Positions 24,230 through 39,060 of a stretch of DNA of 64,000 nucleotides are shown piece by piece. The number at the start of each line of letters is the position of its first letter. The stretch's first letter is position 1. Source of the DNA: Blastocystis sp. Blastoise (taxonomy: Eukaryota > Protista > Bigyra: Opalinata); the NCBI GenBank assembly GCA_039096225.1, contig JBBPEB010000033.1, positions 620,001 to 684,000 on the forward strand, given 5' to 3'. The position numbers and the translations under genes are program-made. The notes under the pieces were generated by a model. The model did no database searches, was not told the DNA's origin, and saw nothing but the letters and a program-made list of their open reading frames with translations.

Positions 24230-27200
24230 TATTATTATTATTATATACTTTGGAACATATACGGGTGTTGTTGTGCCTATAAATAATGATAAATAGATAA
24301 AAATATTTATTAATAAATAATTATATATATATACTAGTTTGTTCATTATTTTTTAAATTTAATTTCGATAAATATTTTGAATTTATTTGTAAATCAGCAA
24401 ATTTCACTCCATTTAAGCCAGATAAGACTGATATTAATTTATCATACTATATAATAATATTATTGTTTTTATCATAAATATAAAAGATATTTATATAGTA
24501 TAACTTTAAGAAATAATAGAATAATATAACTAGCAATAATTATTCTTATAATTCTTATAATAATTATATATATATACATATTGTTTATCTGTTAATAGCG
24601 CATGAGGTCTATAAAACGATGTAGAACAATGTAAACCATATAAAAATGTATTCAATGACTATATATAGAGAGAGATTTAGTCATATATATGATTATCATA
24701 GTATATATTTACTATATTATATAAATGAATAGAATGATTATATAAATTAAGAATTATTATTATAGTAATAATATACTAAATGGTACATAGAAAGTATTTT
24801 TATTATTTATAAAAAAAATAATATTCATAATTATAAAAATGATTAATATAAAAATGGCATTATAATAAAATAAAAAATCTGATAATGATAAAAAATCTGA
24901 TAATAATAAAAAGTTTTAATAATAAAAAGCTTTAATAATAATAATAATAATAAATACAGATGTAAAAATAAGAAGAATAAGATTTTTTTGATTTTCATTA
25001 TAGGATGTATTCTTTAAGAAATCGGATGATGGAAGAGATTTCATTCCAAAAGAATGAAATAGAACAGCGAATTGAACATCTTGAATTAATCCGTAACGCA
25101 ATAGACGTTCAAGGCCGTTCAATAATGTCACAACACAAGAATCAGTTGGTACAATCTATATATATATATAGTAATAATTATGATATACAATAATAATAAT
25201 AATATAATAATATATAATAATAATATATACTGGTTTCTTTGTATCTTTAAGAAATGTATTAATACATAGTATAATTCCTTCATTCATTTGATCTAATAAT
25301 TCCTGTCGCTTCTTATTTACTTCTTCTAAAGTATCGTCATCCAAAGAGGAAAATACAGAGTCTAAAGAATAAATATACTTTTAATACTTATCATTACAAT
25401 TATCAATATAATTATATAGAAAATTATTACATAAATATATTAAAACATTAAAAAAAAATAGAAACCTATATAGATAATAAAATAATATATAATACTTCAT
25501 ACTATTTGCTTTATTATCATTATTTTGTAATGATAATGGTGAAATCATTTCTGTTAATATATTATTGCTATCTGTAAATGATGATAATAACATGTTTCCC
25601 GTGGTTATACTGGGTTTCAAAATAGGTGATATTTCTTCTGGAATCTTTGATAGATTTGTTGAGTGACTTAATGAAGATGATGTAATAACATTATTATTAT
25701 TATTCAACGTAAACAGTTCATTATTCATAAATATAGATTTATTATTATCTTTATTATTATTATTTAAATTCTTATTTATATTTTGGCTCATCATTTTTGG
25801 TTTTGATACAGGTGTATTAATAGCTACAGGTGTAGATAATCTTATATTAGGGGGAGATACCGATGGATTTCCATAAGTAATACTTGGACTAGACGGTGTT
25901 GGTAAGGTTAAAGGTGTTAAAGAACTTTCTTGATGAGGTGAAGTAAGAGAAGAAGAAAGAGTATTAATAGAATAAGGAATAGATTGTGATTGACTAGTTA
26001 AAGTAGAAGGATAAGATGTATATATATGTTCATTAGATATATTTGTAGGTATACTAATCGTATTATTAGTAGATAATGAAGATAAAGACATATCTGTATT
26101 AAGGGAAAGAAGAGTATTATGGTTATAGGATTGAATAGGAATAGGTAAAGAAGAAGGATAAGGAGATATATTATTATTATTATTATTATTATTCATATTA
26201 TTTTTATTATTATTAGTCATATTATTACTATTCATCGAAGACTGTATATTTTCATTATTTATATTATTGCTGATAATAGCAACAGAAAGTGCTGATTTTC
26301 CTTTATTACGAGAACTTAAATCTCTATTTTGAACTTTTTTATTAGATATAGATTGTTTTGAATTATTATTTAAATTCTGTGGAATTTCTTCATTTTCAGA
26401 AGTACTTATTATTGATGATAAAGTTACATTACTTAATGGTAAATTATTATCATTATTATTATTATTAACAATATTATTATTATTATTAGCGATATTACTA
26501 TTATTATCATTATCAATATCTATATTATTTGTTTGAGATAATGTGTTATATTTATTGTCTTTCATAAATTCATAATTATGAATAGAAGGATCAGAATATA
26601 TTATATTATTATCCATACTTAATAAAGAAATGTCCTCATTATCAACATATGTGGTGTCATCACAATCTGAAAATGTATCCATAGAATCAGGTATATAATG
26701 ATTATCTATATTTATAGTAATAATAAGATAATTATATATATATAATCAATTTCTCTATGATAAAAACATAAAAGAAAAAAAAACTTTTATTTAAAATAAA
26801 AAAAAAAGGAATGAATAAAAATAATTATATATATATATATACTATTTTGTTCTTCTAATCCCCATTGCATCATTTCTGCCGTACGCGTCATATCTTCATA
26901 GATACGAACTCCCCGGATCACGTGATGTCTATATTTTTTAATAATATCAATTAAACAATTCGCAGGCTTCACATCTTCTAAATATATTATTATTATTAAG
27001 ATTATTATTGGTAAAAATATAATAATAATATTTATTATTATGATTATTATTATTTCTCTTATTGTATATTATTATATAAAATTGTAAGTATATATATAAA
27101 TATAGCAATAACTATATATATATATACCTCCAAAATACATAGAAGATCCTTTTTCTATTTTTGAATGATAAACTGGTTTATTTTGTTGATTTGATTGATA

Positions 27201-29087
27201 TTTATATTGATCCATTAAAGAGGTATAGGACAGGAAGAAGGTTGACGGTTCAGGGCTATTCCCACGTAATAAGAAACAACCAAATTCCATCGATTTTAAG
27301 ATGATTTCAGCTTGTTCTCGAGAAAGATAAGGCTTAAAATATTGAAGAGCAATATCATTTGTAACAGAATTCTATGTGAATTGTAGTTATAATAAAGAAT
27401 AGATTATTCATAATAATAATAATTATTATTATAGTATTTATAATCATAATAATAAACAATATAATAATAATAAACAATATAATAATTATAATAATAATAA
27501 TATATACTTTTGGTACATATTGTTTATCGATATCTTTTTCTTTATTAGTTACCCATTCGTGTAATGTCTGTTCAGTATATATAACAGTAATAAATTGATT
27601 AATAGTATCAGGTGTAATAGATTCTAAGATATTTGCAAAGATACTATGCGTTAAAATCTCCGTAAAAAAAGTTAACGTACAAATAGACATTGATTCTGTC
27701 GAAGGTATTAATTCACGTACAATATTTCTAGATAACTATATATATGTATAATTATATATGATTTATTCTTAATGAAATAGATAGAATAAAATTAATATAT
27801 ATATGATTATAGAATAAAATAGATATAAATTCAATAGATATTATATATATATAATACACAGAAAACAATTCTAAAAAAAACAACAAAAATAATATAATTA
27901 TTCCACAATAAGTCTATGAATAAATCTATATACAGTTCTTAAGAATTCGATTTGTAATTCATTATCTAGCATACTATCATGAAAAGCACTGGTATGAGAA
28001 AACTTTTCAAAAATCTTTTTTTGATGATGTTTATTAATCAATAGATCATTAGACTCCTGAAATAACTATATATATATATATATAAAATGACTAATAAAAA
28101 AGTATATTAAATTATATATATTATTATATCCTTATAAACTAAATATATATAACTAATATATATATATATAGGATCATAAATAATAATAAAATAATGAAAT
28201 CTATATAATTATAAATATATATTTATATAATTAAAATTGATATATTAAATATTAATATATATATATACTTCAGGTTGTTTATTTCTAAGTTCTTTTGTAG
28301 CAGTTTTATAATAATATAATGATTCACTTAAACAATTAAAGAAATCAGCAATTAAACCAATTATAATTGGTTTTTGAGCAATTTTCTTTGTTATACTTCC
28401 AGTAGTATTTAAAAGTATATTCTTTATCGTTAATGGAAATGCAGATTCTCCACCTATCTTCTCTATATATATATTATTATTATTATATTTATTATTATTA
28501 CTATTATTATTATTATAATATTAATATTTATTATTAACATTATAATTATTATCTAAGACAATAATATTTATTATTATTATACAACGTATATAATTATATA
28601 TTTACCTTGATACCAACTTTGAATATAATCTCTCATAATAAGTGTAAGTATTTGATCTATAATAACATATATATATATAATTATTTATAATATTACTTTT
28701 ATAAAAAGAAAAAGAGAAAACTTTTAAAAATATACTTAATTCCACTGCAACTGATTGTGATAATTGATATTTCTTAATATAATCCTGAATAGGATCTGAA
28801 TCGTATGGACTTTCTTCTTTTTTAGTTTTCATGACTTCTTCAAATACTTCCTTGTGAATCTCACGTTTCTTATTTTCTACTTCTATTCTATCAGAGCTAC
28901 AAAGATATATAATTATTTCACGAATGAAGAAGGCAGAAAGTAAGAAACAAATGAAGTTTATCGAACAGTACAACATGTAACCTATAAATGGACACAAGTT
29001 TTTTACTAAATACAGCAGACACTTCAGTAGTAAATACCCAAAATAGGGTATATAGTATAAATAATGTGCAATAGTAGAGTGATTCAT
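22384..29087 (-). CDS. SNX13/14/Mdm1-like sorting nexin: TM-PXA-SH2-(low complexity)-RUN-PX-Nexin_C
   Basis: N-terminal TM segments; PXA LIMRDYIQSWY; SH2-like YLSREQAEIILKSMEFGCFLLRG...FFLSY...VYHSKI; RUN-like VTLLNGLERLLRYGL...FYRPHALLTD...LISVLSGLNGVKF; PX IYRRFSKLHHFHSQL...PPFPPK; Nexin_C ELYDIQKGNWINKQ...FEMLQNP...VKRLFP. About 17 exons with canonical junctions. Confidence 0.8.
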
Positions 29088-29602
29088 CTTAAAACAATAT
29101 AAAAACATTTCTAAAGCTACACAAAGATTCCCATGAATATCTTGTTGATGACAGAGAAACAACAATTGAAAACAGTAGAAGTTTTAAATTGTATTTTTTC
29201 TTCATTAGACAATATGAAGAAGTATAAAACGGATTTTATGAAATTGTTTTATAATCTCATGAGATAACTAACATTTTTGTATGTGTTCTATCTTCCATAT
29301 ATATTGGATTAGTTCATGATAGTCTTATAATCAGATATTTAGCTTTTAGAAAATGTTTTATATGATGGTGATACATCTTATTTATTGATGATATTGTAGT
29401 AGCAATATGGAAATCGTGTTTTTATTAATAAATATCAAAAAAACAATTCTTTTCCATATTCAATAGAAATCTAAGCATGTATATATATATATTGAACAAA
29501 ACAATGAAGTTAATAAAATCAAAAGGGATTAAATATATTAATAGAAAAAAAGACAAAATGAGAATGAATTATAAAATAAATATGTATAATAGAATAAATC
29601 AA

Positions 29603-30732
29603 TTAAACTTTAGGTAAATTCTTTTTATCCTTCATCCAAATAAAGAAAATACAGATAACAATAATAAGAATTATAGCATAAATACAATATAAGAATGTAT
29701 ATCCTGGAACTTCTAAATGAACAGAGCAACCTATAAACATATAATTATAATTATTAAAAATAATAGTTTAATGATTAGTTTGAATTTTTGAATATACAAA
29801 TCAATTATATATATATAGATATACCAGTTGTATCTACAAATGTATAAATAGCATCACCAATTGTTATATCAGATTCTATATATAATAACAATTATAAGAA
29901 TAATAAGTTAATTAAAATAAGATTAAATATAAGAATATTAAAAAAATATATATTAATATAAATTAATATAAAAATATAAATAAACAAAATAACATAATAA
30001 TAATAATATGTTTCTATATACCACCAATAGTAATATTATAACTAACAGAAGGGCTAGTAGCAAAAGCAACTAAAGGCTCAAAAAGATTTTGATCATTCTT
30101 AGTACAGGTAATATCCCTATATATATATTATTATTATCATATATATTAATACATATATAAGTTAAATTTAATTTATATTTAAAAAAAATAAGTACTAAAC
30201 ACTAGGAAAATAAATAATATATATTATTATTTTTTATAAAATCAAAAAAAATACAATATATATATATATACTTAGGATTATAAGCAGTTCCTGCAGTAAT
30301 TGGGGTTGTACAACTGATGTTAAGAGAAGAAATATCACTTGTAGAAAAAGTAACGGTAGGAGTAGTTATAGTGAAAGTATAGTTGTTAGCGCCATTATTA
30401 GTGAGAGTATATGGGAGAATAGCTTTAGCAAAAGAGGTACCAGAACATCCGGAAGCTGAGAATAAATTAAATGTCATATCAAGACTTTTAAAGACATTAT
30501 CAGAAACATCTAAGAATGCATTTCTATTTAAACTCATACCTATAAGTTAAAAAACAATAAACAATAAAATTCATGAATATAAGATATCATACCTTGAGTA
30601 TTATCTTCACATCCAGAAACAAAATTACCACAATCTATAATAATGTTTATAAAAAAACATAGAGTCTAATATGTACATACATTGTGCAGAGATCAACGCG
30701 AAGAATAAAGATATTACAATGAGAGTATTCAT
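29603..30732 (-). CDS. Type I membrane/surface protein, paralogue of 17387-18608
   Basis: Signal MNTLIVISLFFALISAQ, then CGNFVSGC...ITCTKNDQNLF...GCSVHLEVPG, TM FLYCIYAIILIIVICIFFIWM. 6 exons. Confidence 0.8.
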
Positions 30733-31611
30733 GATATCTGAATAAGTGAATAAAAAAGAAATGGAAAAAAATTCGATGAATGGTAATAAAAGAAGAACAA
30801 CAAAAACGAAAAAAATTAATTTTTAGCTGAAAGAAGAAAAGTATTCGTGGTTTTCCATTTCATTTTATCTGGAGAATCAAGTTTCATAAATTTTTTTATT
30901 GGCTTTTTGAATGTGTGTCATATTAAATCAATAGAATTCCCTCAAATAAAAGCATGTCACATGAACACATAAAAAACAATTAATAACTAATGATTCTAAT
31001 CAATTATCTTCTATAGAAAATATCTAAAATTGGAATTGTTGCAACATATAGTTAGCTGATCCATTTTAAAAATAAAAGTCAAAAGGATTTATAAAAAGCA
31101 GAAAATAGCATCTTTTTATAATATGTGACGATTCACAGAGTTCAAATAGTAATTTACAATTTTAGTTTTATTCTGTAAGACATTCTTGATATTAAGAACA
31201 AATACTATATGCTCTTCTTTGAGATAATTATTTTTTTTCAAATATTTCTTTTTTCATCTGAGTATGATGCTGCTTCTACAAAAATTCTATTTTTTTTTTT
31301 TTTGTATATTATTTATGATATTCTTTATATCATAGCAATCAGAGAAGAAGAATATTTTTTAATTATTGATGTATGATCAAAGTATGATCTGAATATAAAC
31401 AACAAGAGAATGTGTGAGTCATTTTGATCAATCCAAATCGTTTTTATTCAATACCATAGTCATAAAGATACAAAAACAGAAAGAGTTCTCCCTATAAAAA
31501 GAGATAATTTACTATACTTTCAACGTTTTCACATAATGTTTCTCCAAAAAAACAATATCTTTACCAAGTTAACAATTCTTTATTCTTTCAATTCTTGTTA
31601 GATACGTTGTA

Positions 31612-33591
<1,980 letters not shown>

Positions 33592-33794
33592 ATATATTAT
33601 TATTGTTATAAGCTATATATCTATTAGTATATGGGGGGTTTTTTGTATTATATATATTTATTTATATATTATATCAAATTTACTGATGTTTGTTCAATAA
33701 TAATAAAAAAAGACTTTCATAAACAAAACAATGAAATAATTTTTCTAAATTAATAAAATAATAATAATATAACTTACAATTAGGAATAAAATAA

Positions 33795-35704
33795 TTATAA
33801 ACATTGTCCATAAACTTCAATATCCTCAACTAAAAACATATTAGTTTTATTATTTTCAGCTGTATTTACAAATAATGAATTCTGTTGACTTGTTTGCTTA
33901 TGTGCATATTGATTAGATTGAATCATATTATGACATATTGAATGGCATTCATTACATATTTGTAAATCGAAATTATATATACCAAATGTTGGACCTAATT
34001 TATAATAACAACATAAAGCTTGTTTCTTATTAAGAATATTATATTTTGTAGGAGAAATGTTGAATTCATTCTTTAAAGTAAATAAGAAAGCATTCGAATC
34101 TTCACGTTTCTCTATATATATAGAGTTGATAAGTTATAATAATAATAATACAAATGTATTTCTTTATATTCTTATATTATGTTTTTCCAATTATTCAGTT
34201 TTATATAATAATATATATTAGTTTATAATATATTAATAATAAATATATATATTAATAATAAATATATATACTATAATAATATATAATAGTATAGTATATA
34301 TTATAATACAATATATAATATAAAAATATGATAGTATATAAAAGTATATATATACATATATATATACCTGCAGTAGTACATGACTCCCAAGATGTTTCGG
34401 TATATCCTCCAAATATATTAATACAATTATTATGACCTATATGTTTAATAATAGTAACAGTAGGTCCTTTCTTATCACAATGATTATGAAAGGATTCAGC
34501 AGAATATCCATCTCGACTTCCTCTATATATTATATATAATAATAAGTATAATAATAATAAAATTATAAAAAATAATAACATAAAAATCATAATAATCATA
34601 AAAATCACTATAATCATAATAATCATAATAATCATAATAATCATAATACAAAATAAAACAATAATATCTAATTAAAAAAACTACAATTAATTTTATTATA
34701 CACTAATAGAATACCTATATAATAATATCCATTTTTGTTCTTTACGTAGCCATTGTTTTAATACTTGAATATGATTAATTGATAATATATTAGATCCATT
34801 TAAATCGGTAGTAATAACTCGAGAAATCGTATTTATATCTTGAAATCCTAAAATAGATAATTCTTTATATAAAGAGAATGGATTCTTTGTATAAGATATA
34901 TCATTATTAATTGTGATTGTTCCTGATACAATATATTCATATATATAATTAATATAATTTAAATGAAAATCTAATATATATAAATCTTCATAGAAATTAT
35001 AATCTGTTTCTTGATTTTCTTTTGAATCTTCAAGAAACGATACTAAATGATGAGAATTTATATAATTCATAATCAACAGATCTTCTTGACCATTAAATAA
35101 AAATTTACATTTCTTTCCTTTCGAGTAAATACGACGTTGTATTGAAATAGTTCTTGAATGATATGCAAGTTCTTCAGAAAGAGGAAGATTCAAAAACATT
35201 ATTAAATCCAAAAAAGAAAGAATATCCGTTTGAGACATCAATTCATAATGAATAGGTTGTCCTTCGATGTAATCAGCTAATATCTGAGCATGATCTGTTT
35301 TATAATCGATATAGATATATCCATCACTTGTCCGTTGATTATTCTCTCGCATTTCATCAATATAAGTACCTTTATATTGATCAAGTTGAGAAGCTCTAAC
35401 TGCATAAGAAATATCTTGGCCTAGAAATAAAAGCGTCTCCATACCTATATATATACATTTATTAATGGAAATCTGTGTAAACTATACCATTAGATGGTTG
35501 AAAGGAATGCCTATCAACAGAATTATTGGTATTCTTACGTATATTAGGTTTTGTAGAGTCAGAATCTGTAAATGTATCAATAGGATTCTTCTGAAAGAGT
35601 AATGACAGTGTCACATTACTTAACGTTAACGTGGAAAGAATACTTGAATAGATACTCTGTATTACTCTCTGATAGAGTTTGATAGTACTTTCTGGAGATT
35701 CCAT
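33795..35704 (-). CDS. BTB-like + TLDc domain protein (paralogue A)
   Basis: WILLYRGSRDGYSAESFHNHCDKKGPTVTIIK...NIFGGYT...AFLFTLKN...GPTFG...FLVEDIEVY. 4 exons. Confidence 0.85.
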
Positions 35705-36475
35705 TTTAAAAAGTAATAATCTTAATCTCAAACAAAAATGTTGGAATACAGTTTGTTTCTGCATTTCTTCTTTTAATTTTACGGATATAGTCAGTTATCC
35801 TTAAGAAGAAGTTCTTTTAAGTTGTGATGATTCTTTCTATACTAATACACAAACATGTATCGAATGAATATGTTCATATAAAGGGTTGATTACGAATGAC
35901 TGTTATTCTATGTATTCAATTTTATTATGATGATAATATGAATAGAATTAAAAAACTATAAAAATAATAAATAATGATCCTTTATCATGATCAATAGGAT
36001 TTCTAAACAATTTGATCTTAAAATCAGTATTCTTCTACTTTTCTGATCTCTGTTATAGTTGATCTAGTTTTATATTGTTAATATGATTTGTACATGAAGA
36101 GAAATTTGTGTTTGTAAATAAAGAAGTGAATAATGTATTAGAAACATTTGAAAATTCGAAATATCATAATTTATAAAGTTATGAATATTTTTATTAAATG
36201 TTTGTTATATATCAATATGTAAAATAAGTGGGTATTTTTAAATAAAAATGTTCAATTGTAAGGTATTATGAAAATGAATTCAAAAATCACTTTATTATTT
36301 CGTTGTGATCCCAATATATTGACTTGTATTCATATTATAATTTGACAAAAATAATAAAATAAACAATGAATTAGATATGCAATATATAGTATAAAAATAT
36401 ACATACATATATGAATCCAAACTTTAAAAAATATATATATTTTTATAATATAAAAATAAATTCAAAAAAGCATGT

Positions 36476-37818
36476 TTATAAAGGAATATGATAGAACTTC
36501 ACAGCGTTGTCTCCAAGAACTTTTTGCTGTTCTTCTAAAGGATATTTCTTTATATATTCTTCAACAATAGAGACAACAGTACCATAATTACCAGCTAAAG
36601 TACATACTATATATATATAAATTATAATAAATAAAAAAGAGAATAATATATATAATATAATTCTATAAATAAAATTTATTAAAAACTTATATAATATATA
36701 TAAGAATAATAGAGTATATAATATAATATAATAGAGTATATAATAGAGTAGAATATAATATAATATATATATAATATATATATATACCAGGCCAATCAGA
36801 GCCAATCATAATTCTATCCGTACCAAAAGCATCAAAAATAATATCTAAATATTTCTTGAAATCTTCTTTCTTCCAGTTCTTCCAATCATCTTCTGTGACC
36901 ATTCCTGATACTTTAACCATCACATTAGGGAAACTAGCAAGCTTCTATATATATATAATGTTGATATGTTATTACTATTATATATATATATATTATTATA
37001 TATATATATTATTATTATATATATATTATTATATATTATGTATATTATTTTATTATTATATATTATGTATATTATTTTATTATTATATATATATTATTAT
37101 ATATATTTTTTTATTATATATTATGTATATATTATAGTATATATATATACTCTCATTCCTTGTTCCCAATCGTCAATAAGACCATCCTTAATAAACGGCT
37201 TAGCGATATGATCAATCACAAAGGGCTATATATATATTATAGTTAATAATATTATATAATAAACATAATAAATATAATAAATATAATAAAAGATATAGAA
37301 TAATAATAATAATAAATATAATAAATAGAATAAATATAATAAATATAATAAATATAATAAATATAATAAACATAATAAATATAATAAACATAAAAAACAT
37401 AATAAATATAATAAATAGAATAAATATAATAAATATAATAAACATAATAAATATAATAAACATAATAAATATAATAAACATAATAAACATAAAAAACATA
37501 ATAAATATAATAAATAGAATAAATATAATAAATATAATAAATATAATAAACATAATAATTATAAATCTACTATATACCTGATCGGGGAATTTCTCAACAA
37601 ATTCAGCAGCGACTTGAAGATGTTTGGGGAAAATAAGAATATCATATCTATATATATATTATATAAAAAGAAAATAAAACAATTACAAATATGAACAATG
37701 AATCAATATAAGATATATATAACTAAATATATACGTTAAATTATATTTCTTTAAAAGAGCGACCCCTCTACAGAAATCTTCTCTTAATAAATAATTGACA
37801 TCTGGTTCATCTTGAACC

Positions 37819-37849
<31 letters not shown>

Positions 37850-38312
37850 AACTATATATACAAAATAAAGAACTTACAATATGACGAATACCAACAAGTT
37901 TAGGGTTTTTAGCTAATTTAGCAAGCTAAGAAAATAATGAATCATATAAATATTATTAAAAAGTTACATAAAAAACATTTTTATACTTCTTTTTCAACAT
38001 CAGGTTTTGTTAAATCGACCCAACCAACAACAGCTCGGACAACTTCAGGATATTTCTCAGCTAAACCTACGAGGAAGTCATTTTCTTCAGTACTTAATTG
38101 AGCTTGGACAGCAACAGTACCATAAAATCCATTTTCTTTTAAGAAAGGGGCAAGTTGAGGAGGAAGATAATCCTTCTTAAGTATCGTCATTTCATCACTC
38201 ATCCAGTTATGTTTCTAAAGAAAATTAGACACATACTATTATATCAAAAATGTACTATAGGACTATAGATCCAGAAATGTTGATGAGCATCAATCTTATA
38301 ATGAGTAGACAT
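36476..38312 (-). CDS. Amidohydrolase_2 family, L-fucono-1,5-lactonase-like (bacterial type)
   Basis: KIDAHQHFW, VAVQA, VVGWVDL, GIRHIVQDEPD, FVIDHIAKP, KVSGMVTE, FGTDRIMIGSDWPVC, LGDNAVKFY. 8 exons with canonical introns. Confidence 0.88.
37260..37560. repeat. Intronic 9-bp minisatellite (AATAAA[C/T]AT)n
   Basis: About 30 degenerate copies; the same unit occurs in introns at ~770-900, ~43985-44030 and ~54545-54640. Confidence 0.85.
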
Positions 38313-39060
38313 GTTTCAAACGGTAAAAACAATATACTAACAAGTATAACAAAACAAAAACTAATCTTTTAAAGTATGGACATGAGCTTTGGCTGTTTTG
38401 ATCAAGCTCTGCTTTTATTGGATGATTCACGAAGAAAAGCCAATAAAATATCGAACTAATAATACTATTGTATTTGCTTTGTGTTATTTAAAAGACTATA
38501 ACTCACTGACAATTTTATATTTTATGTTAAGTGTTTATTTTTCCTTTATGAGATAAAGATTTTTTTGTATTCATGTAATATTTATAAAAAATATCTTAGA
38601 ATAATTGTTGAACAATCCAATTATGATTGATATGAAGACTTCTTGTGCCCTCCATGAAATTGAATCTTTGATAAAATAATCTTTATTCCTCTAAATGATT
38701 ACTTTATCCTCTATTCAAAACAATTCAAAGGATATTCATGATAAAGAAACTTATGATATGCTTATTGAATAAGCTAGCATTTATAAGTTTATGTTTATAT
38801 CTTATTTTTACTTTTTTACTAGCGACTGAATACAAATTAAACCCATTTATTTAAATATAAAAATATTTATCATACAATAATAATATTATATCTTATATAA
38901 GCTTGTATACTTATAGTAATCAATCAAAATAACAAAACAATGATATATTAATATTTTTTAAAGAAGACAAACAAAAAAAAGAAATAATAAATCTATCGAG
39001 AATAAAAATTAAGAACAAACAAAACAAAACATAATAAAAGACTATTGAATACTAATATTC

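Noticed and set aside
25381-25420. Possible extra small exon (IDNCNDK) in the sorting nexin
   Set aside because: No AG acceptor and incompatible phases; one canonical phase-1 intron explains the region.
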